From IMG/VR virus record IMGVR_UViG_3300027550_000001: a stretch of 35,117 bases of DNA. One strand, written 5' to 3'. Of this stretch, positions 22,623 to 31,902 are shown in pieces. The position numbers and the translations under genes are program-made. Within the stretch, counting starts at the first letter, position 1. The number at the start of each line of letters is the position of its first letter. This stretch comes from a virus. The notes under the pieces were generated by a model. That model was not told the DNA's origin, ran no database searches, and was given only the letters and a program-made list of their open reading frames with translations.

Positions 22623-23308
22623 AATTATTAGAAATAGCAAAGGCGGTTGCAGATGAAACCACAGCCCCATGTCCAGAAAGCTTTAATCATTTGCAATTAA
22701 CGCCGGAAGCCACTGGATTATTACGTGCTATAAATAAAGCTGGCTCTTTTGTAACGCGGACATTAGATTTAAATTCTAATTTAAAAGATCATACTGTTAC
22801 TCCTGAAAGTAATTATCCAACAATTCTTAGGGAGAATTTGCCTAAAAATTTTCTTAGATTTAAAGAGGAAACATTCAGGGATGCCGCTGATGGCTTCTAT
22901 ACCGGACCTTTGAATTATTCGGATTTCTTAAAAATAAAACAAAATGAAGGGACTAAAATTTTTAGTCTTTTAGCTAATGGAGTATATGTATATCCTAAAC
23001 CTTCACATGATTTGTCATTCGCTTATTTCCATGATGGCTGGGCCAAGGGTACCCGGCGAATAGGTTCTAAAGATCAAATAATCGAAATTAGCGAAATGAA
23101 GAAAGACGAGGATGAGACAATTGTTGATTCGGCACTTGTCATCTCTTTTGCTAAATATTTTTCATTGGTTTCAATGGGAGTAGAGGCTGTCAATGCAAGC
23201 AATGAAATTAAATATTTAAAGAAACATCTTCTATTGACAGAAGAAAAGGAAAGGAGCCCGTTCTATAAATATCCCATGCGCCCGCAACGATATATTTATG
23301 GGTTATAG
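22619..23308 (+). CDS. Putative adaptor / tail tubular protein A-like (229 aa)
   Basis: Called from position and size only, by analogy with T7 gp11 preceding gp12. 4-nt overlap with the upstream gene. Confidence 0.3.
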   Translation: MKLLEIAKAVADETTAPCPESFNHLQLTPEATGLLRAINKAGSFVTRTLDLNSNLKDHTVTPESNYPTILRENLPKNFLRFKEETFRDAADGFYTGPLNYSDFLKIKQNEGTKIFSLLANGVYVYPKPSHDLSFAYFHDGWAKGTRRIGSKDQIIEISEMKKDEDETIVDSALVISFAKYFSLVSMGVEAVNASNEIKYLKKHLLLTEEKERSPFYKYPMRPQRYIYGL

Positions 23309-23310
23309 TC

Positions 23311-24933
23311 ATGGGCACAATGACTTCAGTAATTATTCCGCCGCCTGTTGGGGGGATGCTGGCTCAATCAAATTTAATAATTACTGAAGATCAATACGCG
23401 CTAGAGTTGATAAATTGGGTTCCCGATATTGCCTCTATTGTATCCCGACGGGGATATGAATATTTTGAGGTAATCAATGAAGCGACAAGTGGCCCATTTA
23501 AATCATTAATCCCTTATAGCAATGGTTCAGAGAAAATTTTATTTGCTGCAAACGCCGATGGATTATTTAAAGTCCCAATATCCGCAGGGGCTACTATTTC
23601 CAAATTAACAAGCGGAGGCGTTGCTGAGAAATGGTCCGGGGCTATTATGTCGTCCGGTGACAAGGTTTATATGCGATTAACAGATGGATCTAACAAAAAT
23701 CTTATATATGATGGAACGACCATCTCAGATGCACAACACACTCCGTCGGGGGGAGTAACTTGGATTTATACTCATCAAGGAAGATTTTTTTTCGGCGTCC
23801 CGAATAGGTTGGATTTTTATTATTTAGATGCTAACGTAATTGATCCCGATTCTTCAAGCACGGAAGATGAGCCTTTCCATAAATTCATGTTAGGACAATT
23901 CATGAATAAAGGAGGGCGTTTAATAGGGATGGCGTCTTGGTCAATGGATACAGGATCAGGGATGCACGATTTCGCGGTATTTGTCTCAGACAGAGGTCAA
24001 TCCTGTGTTTATCAGGGATCTGATCCGAGCTCTTCAGCTACCTGGTCCCTAATTGGATTATTCGATCATGGGGAGCCAGTAAGTGATCGTTGTTTTCTTA
24101 GGGTTGGTGCTGAGTTGTTTATTTGGACCATGGATGGATTAATTAGCATGAAAACTATGATTTCTAAAACCACGGAAATATTAGGTCTTTCAGGAATCAC
24201 ATCGAAAGTTGCTATACCATTAACAGAAGATGTTAAAAAAGGAAAAAATAGTTTTGGATTTGAGGCTTGTTTATATTCTAATGGTCAGTTAATTATGTGC
24301 AATGTTCCTCTTGGTGAAAAATCTACCCAATATGTTTTTAACACATTGACAGGCGCAGCGTCTATCTTTAAAGGAATAAATATTCATTGCCTTGCGGAAG
24401 TTGATAATAAATTATTCGCGGGCGCATGCGAAAGAACTGATCGGAAATCTACTACGTCCCCTCCTCCCTCCGGCAGCCCTACTCATGCTTACGGAATATA
24501 TCAATTAGATACTGGCAGAACCGATAATGGAAACCCAATTGAATTAGATGTTAAGCACGCATTCACTTTTTTAGGTGATTCTACTCGGACTAAAAAAATC
24601 ACCCATGCTGAGATTCATTTAGAAGCTAGTCAATATCCAGACCTCCAATTTGAGGTATTAACTGATTTGGATCTCAAAGGAGGAAAATTAATTGGATCAG
24701 CCCCAACCGCAAAAAGTCTCTCATTATGGAGTGCGGGGTGCAGATGGGATTCTTGCACATGGGCAGGTTCGCATAAAGTTTATAATTTATATCGAGGGAT
24801 ACGTAAAATTTGCCGAACTGCCTCTATTCGGATAAAAACAGCAGCAAAAGACCTTCCTATGTCATTACATGGGACAACTGTATATTTTTCGTATACAGAT
24901 AAAACAACCCCGCGTGAGCGTGAAAATTTATGA
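23311..24933 (+). CDS. Putative tail tubular/nozzle protein B-like (540 aa)
   Basis: Called from position. The N-terminus (IIPPPVGGMLAQSNLIITEDQYALELINWVPDIASIVSRRGY) resembles the N-termini of podovirus nozzle proteins, as far as I recall. The composition is beta-rich. Confidence 0.35.
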   Translation: MGTMTSVIIPPPVGGMLAQSNLIITEDQYALELINWVPDIASIVSRRGYEYFEVINEATSGPFKSLIPYSNGSEKILFAANADGLFKVPISAGATISKLTSGGVAEKWSGAIMSSGDKVYMRLTDGSNKNLIYDGTTISDAQHTPSGGVTWIYTHQGRFFFGVPNRLDFYYLDANVIDPDSSSTEDEPFHKFMLGQFMNKGGRLIGMASWSMDTGSGMHDFAVFVSDRGQSCVYQGSDPSSSATWSLIGLFDHGEPVSDRCFLRVGAELFIWTMDGLISMKTMISKTTEILGLSGITSKVAIPLTEDVKKGKNSFGFEACLYSNGQLIMCNVPLGEKSTQYVFNTLTGAASIFKGINIHCLAEVDNKLFAGACERTDRKSTTSPPPSGSPTHAYGIYQLDTGRTDNGNPIELDVKHAFTFLGDSTRTKKITHAEIHLEASQYPDLQFEVLTDLDLKGGKLIGSAPTAKSLSLWSAGCRWDSCTWAGSHKVYNLYRGIRKICRTASIRIKTAAKDLPMSLHGTTVYFSYTDKTTPRERENL

Positions 24934-25439
24934 ATAAAATACTTTATGACCAGGATGAAAATATAGCAAATTGGATAATGAATCAATTATCCTATATTAC
25001 AGACTTCGGGTCGAATTATAAAGCATATGGAATTACCAGAAGCGGCAAATTGGTTGCTGGGATTGCTTTTCATGATTACAATCCTACATATCAAGTGATG
25101 CAATTTACGGTAGCGGCTACATCGCCATATTGGGCGCATCCTCATATTATAGATTATTTCATGAAGTATGTTTTTGAAAAAGCCAATGTGCATAGATTGC
25201 ATACGTATACTTATATCGGAAATGAAAAGGCGATTAAGATATTGTTACATGCTGGCTTTAAACAGGAGGCTATTATGGATTCCTTTTATGGCCGATCTCA
25301 TCATGGCGTGAGCTTTAGACTATTACGCACTGAATATGCGCAACGTTATTATGGGAATAAAAACAAATTCCGAGAACGTGACCAAATCTTACCTCCTCCT
25401 ATAAAAATACCAGAATTAATAGCCCGCCAAAATGGGTAG
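24930..25439 (+). CDS. GNAT-fold (RimJ/Acetyltransf_3-like) acetyltransferase homolog
   Basis: VAGIAFHDY...MQFTVAATSPYWAHPHIIDYFMKYVFEKANVHRLHTYTYIGNEKAIKILLHAGFKQEAIMDSFYG...GVSFRLLRTEY follows the GNAT beta4-alpha3-beta5-alpha4 pattern. The Q/RxxGxG/A AcCoA loop is replaced by YWAHPH. Confidence 0.6.
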   Translation: MNKILYDQDENIANWIMNQLSYITDFGSNYKAYGITRSGKLVAGIAFHDYNPTYQVMQFTVAATSPYWAHPHIIDYFMKYVFEKANVHRLHTYTYIGNEKAIKILLHAGFKQEAIMDSFYGRSHHGVSFRLLRTEYAQRYYGNKNKFRERDQILPPPIKIPELIARQNG

Positions 25440-25477
25440 AATGATTTCTCTGCATCAAACCCCGTTCGGAAAAGAAA

Positions 25478-26362
25478 ATGGGTAGTAAACCGAAGGCCCC
25501 GAAAATTGAAGCCCCAGATCCAGTGTTGGCTGCAAAATTGCAGCAATCGCTTGGCATGTTCGGACAACGGAATCCATATCAAACTCTTCGATATGAAAAG
25601 ACAGGAGAAACCCCAGAGGGAATATCACAATATGATATTGTACAGGAGTTCACGCCGGAGCAACAAGAGCTCTTTAATCGCGGCATGGGATTGAAAAAGG
25701 ATTTTTTGTCGGCACTCGAAGGTGCAATTGAACAAGCACCAACTACTCTAGATTATTCTAAATTGCAGTCTATATCGGGAATAGACCCTGAATCTATGAG
25801 GGAAAATTATAGTAAATATGTAGAATATTTCCGACCTGAAATGGAAGACCAAGCGGAAAGACAACGCGCTAAATTATTCTCCCAAGGATTCGGCATGGGA
25901 TCAGAAGTGCAAAGTCAACATCAGCAGAATGTAGGCAAACAATGGAATAATTTATTGTTTAATGCCGAAGAAAAAGCCTGGAATAGGGCAGCACAACAAA
26001 GGAACGAAGAAAGACTTTTACGTAATCAGCAAATATCAGAATTTTTACAACAACAACAACAACCTTTTAATGTGGTTAGACAATTAGGAGGATTAATTCC
26101 ACAGCAAGACGCCACATTCCAAATGGCTGACACAAACGGATTAATCCCCGATTTTATGCGAGCACAAGAAAATCAATTAGCACAAAGGAATGCAACGGCG
26201 CAGCAAAAATATGCTCGCCAAATGCAAGATTACCAACAACAACAAGCACTTTTGGGAACAGGCGCATCTATACTTGGCACAATAGGTGGGACGCTCATAG
26301 GTGGACCGCTAGGGGGGCAGGTAGGTGGCGCATTGGGAAGTGCATTTGGGAGTATATTCTAA
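25478..26362 (+). CDS. Putative internal virion/ejection protein (Gln-rich, C-terminal Gly-zipper)
   Basis: Gln-rich helical body with the C-terminus LLGTGASILGTIGGTLIGGPLGGQVGGALGSAFGSIF. Its position is equivalent to T7 gp14. Confidence 0.4.
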   Translation: MGSKPKAPKIEAPDPVLAAKLQQSLGMFGQRNPYQTLRYEKTGETPEGISQYDIVQEFTPEQQELFNRGMGLKKDFLSALEGAIEQAPTTLDYSKLQSISGIDPESMRENYSKYVEYFRPEMEDQAERQRAKLFSQGFGMGSEVQSQHQQNVGKQWNNLLFNAEEKAWNRAAQQRNEERLLRNQQISEFLQQQQQPFNVVRQLGGLIPQQDATFQMADTNGLIPDFMRAQENQLAQRNATAQQKYARQMQDYQQQQALLGTGASILGTIGGTLIGGPLGGQVGGALGSAFGSIF

Positions 26363-26364
26363 TA

Positions 26365-27459
26365 ATGTTTTCGGACCCATTTCGGAATCCTAATTTTGGA
26401 CAATTCGCTTTGCCGGAATGGGCAAAACGTCAAGGTATCGGAATTAGAGGGCAAGCAAAAGGTCAAATGCCCTTATCTCCGCAGGGGCGCATTGCACAAC
26501 AATTAGGATCGGTAGAAGATACAGGATGGGCAAGTGCTTTGATGAAAGGAGCTGGTGGATTTTTAGGAGCGCGTGATAAACAAGCTTATCAAAAAGCACA
26601 GAATGCTCTGACAGAAGGGTTATTGTCAGGTGGATTAGTCGGGGCAATTGAAAATTTGCAAGGAATGGATTCCTATTATGCAAACCAAGCTTTAAATCCA
26701 TTAGCTTATGCCAAAGTAGGGCAGCAACAGGCTTTAGAAGAAGAAAAAAGAAAGGAAGCCAGAGAGATAGAAGCTGAAAACAGACAATTTTCCAAAACCA
26801 AGTGGTTAAATCAATATCAACAAAATGCAGCTATTCGAAGGGATTATTTGCGGCATGAATTAGATATGCGAAAAGAACAAGCAAAACTGGCAGCTAAATT
26901 AACCGCAGGCGAGAAGCCGAATGAAAAATTAATATTCGATCAAGAAAGAGTATTACGTGATGAGTTTTCAAAGAATTCAAAAAATTACTATGAAAGTCTA
27001 AATGCTTTAAAGAAAATGAAAGCAACTGGAGAACAGGGAACCGCGCCTTCCGATGTTTCGCTTGTTACGCTTTTATTCAAAGCGGTCGATCCGGCATCAA
27101 CTGTTACTGAAAGCGAGCAAGCTATGCTTCGCAATTCCGGCTCATTTGGTAATAAAGTCGGAGGATATATTAGAAATGTTTTTCATGGCAAGACATTAAC
27201 TCAACAGCAAAGGGATGAGATAGTAAAAACGGCAGAGGTTTTAGTAAAACCATTGCGCGAAGAACACGACATGGTTAGGGATTGGTATGGTGAAGTAGCA
27301 GCCCAATATGGCTTGAATCCCGAACATATTTTGAGACGAAAATTTTATCAATCTGAGCCATCCAAGCCATCTCTTCCGAACTATAATGAAAAAGAAGAAG
27401 AGCAACAACCAGGATATTTATTAGATAGTCTATTGGCTAGAAAAATGAGCGCGATGTAA
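26365..27459 (+). CDS. Putative internal virion protein (364 aa)
   Basis: Called from position (equivalent to T7 gp15) and a coiled-coil-rich middle. Confidence 0.35.
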   Translation: MFSDPFRNPNFGQFALPEWAKRQGIGIRGQAKGQMPLSPQGRIAQQLGSVEDTGWASALMKGAGGFLGARDKQAYQKAQNALTEGLLSGGLVGAIENLQGMDSYYANQALNPLAYAKVGQQQALEEEKRKEAREIEAENRQFSKTKWLNQYQQNAAIRRDYLRHELDMRKEQAKLAAKLTAGEKPNEKLIFDQERVLRDEFSKNSKNYYESLNALKKMKATGEQGTAPSDVSLVTLLFKAVDPASTVTESEQAMLRNSGSFGNKVGGYIRNVFHGKTLTQQQRDEIVKTAEVLVKPLREEHDMVRDWYGEVAAQYGLNPEHILRRKFYQSEPSKPSLPNYNEKEEEQQPGYLLDSLLARKMSAM

Positions 27460-29252
27460 TGCCACAAGCTAATTTCGATCCACAGGCATTATTATATCCC
27501 GGCAACGCCGGAATGCCACATTTCCAACCGGGCGGCGTTAGTTTTAGTCCCTTACGGGACGTCCCTACGTCTCCTTACTGGCTTGGATCCCCGGGAAGAG
27601 GGACAGCTAACCCCTTGGGCCGAACCGCGCCAGCCCCATATCAGCACGCCATGGCAGATGTCCCAATAATGGATGTTTTACGCATGGCAGTACAGAATGT
27701 ACCATCGAGCATCCATGGCGTTTTGAGTAATTTTAACTATCCATTCTATCATCCAATAGAATTCTCAGAAAATTTAGGCAAATTAGCCGTCGGAGCAGTA
27801 CAAAAAGCTATTCCAGGAAGACAAAGTTACGAGGCATACCCTGAGCTTGTCATGGAAACATTAAAACAGCGATATGGCGGTAAAGGCCAATTAAAGGAAA
27901 CATTGGCAACCGATCCGGTGGGATTGCTTACGGAGGTGGCTGGCGTTTTGGGGCCCGGTTTAGCAAGCCTTCCCGGACGTCTTGGAGCTAAAGCCGGGGC
28001 TGCCGTGAACGCAACCGATATAACGCGAGCCCCGCAAGCGGCACTAAAAGGTGCCGTTTCTAGCATTAGTAATTTAAAAAATAAAATTGATCCTAACGCC
28101 AGAAAATTAATGGAAGAAGGAATAACCCCCACCATGGGGCAAACTTTCGGAGGAACCCCGGGAAGATGGGAAGAAAAGGCATCTTCAATCCCCGTATTGG
28201 GTGATGTAATTAATAATGCGAGAGGAAGGGCTGCCGAATCCTTCAATATGGCGGCATTTCAACGCGCGCTTGCTCCGATTGGCGAATCAACGGAAGGATT
28301 AAAGCCAGGAGCAACAGGATTACGGGAAGTTAGGAATAAAATTAGTGATAAATATGAGGCATTATTGCCGCAATTGAAGATTTCCGGCGATGATGATTTT
28401 TTCGGCGGCATCAAAGGTGTGCTTAATAAATACGGCAATGTATTGGAAAAGAAAAAAGGAAAACAATTAAATGCTATTGTTGATTCCAAAGTCGTAGATC
28501 ATTTTATAAAAGATGGCGACCTTACGGAAATTGACGGAAAAAAATTAAAGCATTTAGTTACTGAATTAAGAGTTACAAAGAGAAAATTTGAAGGAAGGTC
28601 CGGCTCGGATTCATTAATGGCTGATGCTTTCGATGAAATCGATAATTTAATTCAGCAACAATTGGTTAAAGACAATCCCAAATCGGCAGCGGAATTGAAA
28701 AATATAGATGCAAGCTGGGCGCATTATAAAGTGTTGGAAAAAGCCGGATCGAAAGCGGGAGCGACCGGAGAACAAGGATTTTCCCCAGCGCAGCTAGCAA
28801 ACGCAGTTAAAGATATTGATACAAGTATTGCAAAAGGGCGTACAGCGACTGGAGAGGCCCTCTATGCTGATTTGGCACAAGCTGCTAAGGAAACATTAGG
28901 CCCAAATGTGCCCGACAGTGGGACGGCTGGAAGAGGTTTACTAGCAAGTGCTCTTTTGGGAGGTACAGCAGTTGCTAGTCCAGCTACAGGAGCTACAATT
29001 TTAGCGGGTAGCTTGCCTTACACGCGACCTGGACAAAATGTCTTATCCAGATTAGCTACAGAAGGATTCTCGCCGGTCGAAGGAATGAATCGTGCTTTGC
29101 AGGTAGCCCCCAATATCGGACCTGCAGCTTTCCTTGCGGGACGCACATCTGAAGATTGGCTCAACCCAGAAGAACATACCGAACGAATGCAAAATCCCCG
29201 CATGAATTTGCAAGAATCTTTATTACAAAGATTATTGGAAAATAGGAGATAG
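27459..29252 (+). CDS. Putative internal virion/ejection protein (597 aa)
   Basis: Called from position (equivalent to T7 gp16). It has Gly/Ala-rich hydrophobic stretches (GLLASALLGGTAVASPATGATILAG). Confidence 0.35.
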   Translation: MPQANFDPQALLYPGNAGMPHFQPGGVSFSPLRDVPTSPYWLGSPGRGTANPLGRTAPAPYQHAMADVPIMDVLRMAVQNVPSSIHGVLSNFNYPFYHPIEFSENLGKLAVGAVQKAIPGRQSYEAYPELVMETLKQRYGGKGQLKETLATDPVGLLTEVAGVLGPGLASLPGRLGAKAGAAVNATDITRAPQAALKGAVSSISNLKNKIDPNARKLMEEGITPTMGQTFGGTPGRWEEKASSIPVLGDVINNARGRAAESFNMAAFQRALAPIGESTEGLKPGATGLREVRNKISDKYEALLPQLKISGDDDFFGGIKGVLNKYGNVLEKKKGKQLNAIVDSKVVDHFIKDGDLTEIDGKKLKHLVTELRVTKRKFEGRSGSDSLMADAFDEIDNLIQQQLVKDNPKSAAELKNIDASWAHYKVLEKAGSKAGATGEQGFSPAQLANAVKDIDTSIAKGRTATGEALYADLAQAAKETLGPNVPDSGTAGRGLLASALLGGTAVASPATGATILAGSLPYTRPGQNVLSRLATEGFSPVEGMNRALQVAPNIGPAAFLAGRTSEDWLNPEEHTERMQNPRMNLQESLLQRLLENRR

Positions 29253-29255
29253 AAA

Positions 29256-30785
29256 ATGCCACGCGATGCAACTGGAGTTTTTACTAGGTCAGTATCCTCT
29301 TATCAATCTGGGGCGATTATTTCTTCGGAAGAAGTGAATCAGGAAATGGATGATATAGCCACTGCGCTTACACAATCATTAAATACTTCGGGGACTGCCA
29401 GAATAAACGCCGATATAAGTATGCAAGATGCCTCAGCGAATAATCATAGGCATACAAATGTTGCTGCAGGTAATAATCGCAATCATTATGCCGACGTGGG
29501 GAGCGTGCAAGATAACCGTTATCACTTATTAAGTGGCGTTTTAGTTTCAGGAACAACTCTAACAGCAGTTACAAACCCCATTATTCCTGCATATGTAAAT
29601 GGACAAATATTTATTTTTAATTCCCCCGCCAATACCAGTAGGGTTACGCATATTAATTTAAACACAAAAGGCCTCAAACCAATCATCGGCAAAATCGCGC
29701 CATCAAGCGCGCACGCAGCATTCTATTATGACCCAAACTTCTATATTATGCCATTAACTTCGGGTGTTGTTTTCCCATCCGGCGTTGTTGATAATGATTT
29801 ATTGGCCTATGTAAACGGAACATTAGCAGCGAAAAAAATAGGTACCGATATTCAAGCATTCAGCACTATATTAGCCAGCATCACAACTAATGCAACCGCG
29901 AGTAATGCTAAGAAATTACTAAAATATAGTGCGGCAGCCCCGTATAATTTAGAAGTGATAGGTGGGGCAGCTGAAGGTAAAGTATTGATGTATTCATCAA
30001 ATGATGTTGTATGGGGCTCTCCCTTAGGATCTTTTGACGTTCAAACAATTAAAAGCATAGCGGGAGGGGTTACTTGGAATAGACCTTCTAATTTTAAAGC
30101 CATCAAAGTCACTTTGGTAGGCGGAGGCGGAGGCGCAGGCGGCACACCAGTTGCAGATACGAGGGGTAATGGACGGTTCGGATTTAGTGGAGGCGGTGGG
30201 GAAAGTGTTATAGCATATATCCCATCGAGTCTTATATCTGGCAATTTAACCGTAATTATAGGAAGAGGCGGAAATGGAGGTGGGCTCCCACCGTCCCAAA
30301 GCAGCGAGGGGGCGGATGGCACCGCAGGAGGGGCTACACAATTAAAACATTCTAATACAATATTATTGTCGGCAGCTGGCGGCGCAGGAGGAGGTCAAGA
30401 ACGAAGGATCAGCCCGAGAACGGAGCCAGCGTGGTACGGGTTCCAATTGGGGGGGGCTGGTGGGGAAACAACTACCACCGCTGGTAAAGGCACACTTTCA
30501 AATAAAGAAATAATAAGAATACCAGGAGAAGCCGGTCAACCTACGTTACGCCTTGATAGCGACGATCAATTGATTTTTACAGCGCGTGGTGGAGATACCA
30601 TATTTAAAGGTGGTGCAAAACCGCGCGAGGGGACACGAACCGTGAGTTCCCAACGGCAGGACATAAATGGGAATCATGGAATATCAAATACAGGAGGGGG
30701 AGGCGGCGGTTCATTTTCGAATACAACGACGGGCGCGCGCGGAGGGAATGGAGCCTCCGGTATTGCAATCATAGAAACTTACTAG
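29256..30785 (+). CDS. Tail fibre protein with a C-terminal glycine-rich domain
   Basis: The N-terminus MPRDATGVFTRSVSSYQSGAIISSEEVNQEMDDIATALTQSLNTSG is the common tail-fibre N-terminal pattern. The C-terminus has VTLVGGGGGAGG, GGGGESV, GRGGNGGG and TGGGGGGS blocks. It is the last gene of the late operon. Confidence 0.7.
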   Translation: MPRDATGVFTRSVSSYQSGAIISSEEVNQEMDDIATALTQSLNTSGTARINADISMQDASANNHRHTNVAAGNNRNHYADVGSVQDNRYHLLSGVLVSGTTLTAVTNPIIPAYVNGQIFIFNSPANTSRVTHINLNTKGLKPIIGKIAPSSAHAAFYYDPNFYIMPLTSGVVFPSGVVDNDLLAYVNGTLAAKKIGTDIQAFSTILASITTNATASNAKKLLKYSAAAPYNLEVIGGAAEGKVLMYSSNDVVWGSPLGSFDVQTIKSIAGGVTWNRPSNFKAIKVTLVGGGGGAGGTPVADTRGNGRFGFSGGGGESVIAYIPSSLISGNLTVIIGRGGNGGGLPPSQSSEGADGTAGGATQLKHSNTILLSAAGGAGGGQERRISPRTEPAWYGFQLGGAGGETTTTAGKGTLSNKEIIRIPGEAGQPTLRLDSDDQLIFTARGGDTIFKGGAKPREGTRTVSSQRQDINGNHGISNTGGGGGGSFSNTTTGARGGNGASGIAIIETY

Positions 30786-30788
30786 AAT

Positions 30789-30864
30789 TGGTGGGCCATC
30801 GGGGATTCGAACCCCGGACCAAGGGATTATGAGTCCCACGCTCTAACCGCTAAGCTAACGGCCC
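30789..30864 (-). tRNA. tRNA with CAU anticodon (elongator Met, or Ile2 if lysidine-modified); CCA encoded
   Basis: Reverse complement: GGGCCGT TA GCTT AGCGGTTA GAGC G TGGGA CTCATAA TCCCT TGGTC CGGGG TTCGAAT CCCCG ATGGCCC A CCA. It folds as a full 76-nt cloverleaf with a 7-bp acceptor stem (one G-U pair), a 4-bp D stem, a 5-bp T stem and a TTCGAAT loop. The G1-C72 pair argues against an initiator. Confidence 0.9.
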
Positions 30865-30910
30865 GTTGGCGACAGATAATGCCCTAAAAGAAGAATCCCT
30901 CTGGAGGATA

Positions 30911-31041
30911 GAAAGAGTGGCATCTCGGATTTCAGGTCCTTGGATAGACAGCGGTTAGCCCGGAGTCCCCGAAACCTCTAACTTTCCATCCCCTAAAGGG
31001 ATGCTGGGAATATAGTGGGTTCATGAATAAATGTCAATCCC
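30911..31041. repeat. Promoter-leader module, copy B (paralog of 3923..4047)
   Basis: See copy A. In this copy the palindrome is degraded, but the -35/-10 and the ...gaaatccgaga.gc.ac..ctttc leader block are kept. Confidence 0.8.
31009..31037 (-). promoter_or_regulatory. Sigma70-type promoter upstream of the tRNA
   Basis: The reverse complement reads TTGACA-tttattcatgaacccac-TATATT with a 17-nt spacer. It lies about 135 nt upstream of the tRNA 5' end. Confidence 0.65.
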
Positions 31042-31051
31042 CGCCGACGGA

Positions 31052-31423
31052 TCAGATGTGCTGATCTTTCGAAATGCCGAAAGCCCATGCCTTTAGCATC
31101 CCGTCGAGGCATTCATTAGTTGCATCATAGATAGACGGAAGATCGCTTTTTTCTAATAAATCTTCTGCGTTTATTTCATTTATTGCCAGATTAACCAATG
31201 CTTGACACATGGGATCATTGTATAAAACCTTCTGAAAAATACTCTCCATAACTGCAAAAGCAATCTCTGCGTAATGATCTTCCCTTTGCGGCTCCAAAGC
31301 ATTTTCATAAGCAAATTGTTTGAGCCGATCTAAGGTCATTTTGAAGATTTTCTCTACACGCTCATGACCGATAGTAATGGTGTTTTCGGACAGAACATCA
31401 AGGACTCTGGAATTACCGGACAT
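31052..31423 (-). CDS. Hypothetical protein (123 aa from ATG 31423; ORF track extends to 31453)
   Basis: ORF track. GAGG lies 8 nt upstream of the ATG at 31423 (MSGNSRV...). No motif recognised. Confidence 0.55.
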   Translation of the reverse strand: MSGNSRVLDVLSENTITIGHERVEKIFKMTLDRLKQFAYENALEPQREDHYAEIAFAVMESIFQKVLYNDPMCQALVNLAINEINAEDLLEKSDLPSIYDATNECLDGMLKAWAFGISKDQHI

Positions 31424-31476
31424 TTCGATTACCTCTTGGTGTGGATAGCGCATCCTTGTGCTATATCGTGGAGTTA

Positions 31477-31806
31477 CTATTCCTTATCGGACTTTTCAAA
31501 GGGTTGCCATTTCCGAAGGTGGATGGCTTGGGCGAATAGAAACCCTCCTAGTCTCATTTCCGCTTCTGACTTACTCAAGGCAAGTATTCTACTTGCGTCA
31601 TCATCCCTACAGATGTGTTTTACAGCGTTACGCGCAAGAGCACTCATTATCCCTGGATGGCCATCTAATCGACTGAGACCATCTAGAATCACATCTGAAA
31701 GACCTTCTATGAACGCATCATGAATGATGTTTCCATCAATAAGAACAGATACGAATTCATGGATTTCTCGCCGTAAGACGGTTTCTCTTTGTTTCGTGAG
31801 GTGCAT
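31477..31806 (-). CDS. Hypothetical protein (109 aa)
   Basis: ORF track. AGGAGGG lies just upstream of the ATG. Confidence 0.6.
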   Translation of the reverse strand: MHLTKQRETVLRREIHEFVSVLIDGNIIHDAFIEGLSDVILDGLSRLDGHPGIMSALARNAVKHICRDDDASRILALSKSEAEMRLGGFLFAQAIHLRKWQPFEKSDKE

Positions 31807-31841
31807 TTTCCCTCCTAGGGTTTTTCACGCGCATGGGTTCT

Positions 31842-31871
31842 TTGACAGAAATTTCCCGAAAATGATATGAT
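31842..31871 (+). promoter_or_regulatory. Sigma70-type promoter with extended -10
   Basis: TTGACA (31842..31847), 18-nt spacer ending in TGa, then TATGAT (31866..31871). Confidence 0.55.
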
Positions 31872-31902
31872 GCAAACGCATCAAACAACAGGAGTATATC
31901 TC

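Noticed and set aside
30789-30864. The tRNA as an attP or integration-site remnant of a temperate phage
   Set aside because: The tRNA is full length with an intact cloverleaf, CCA and its own promoter. No integrase or excisionase is present anywhere in the closed genome.
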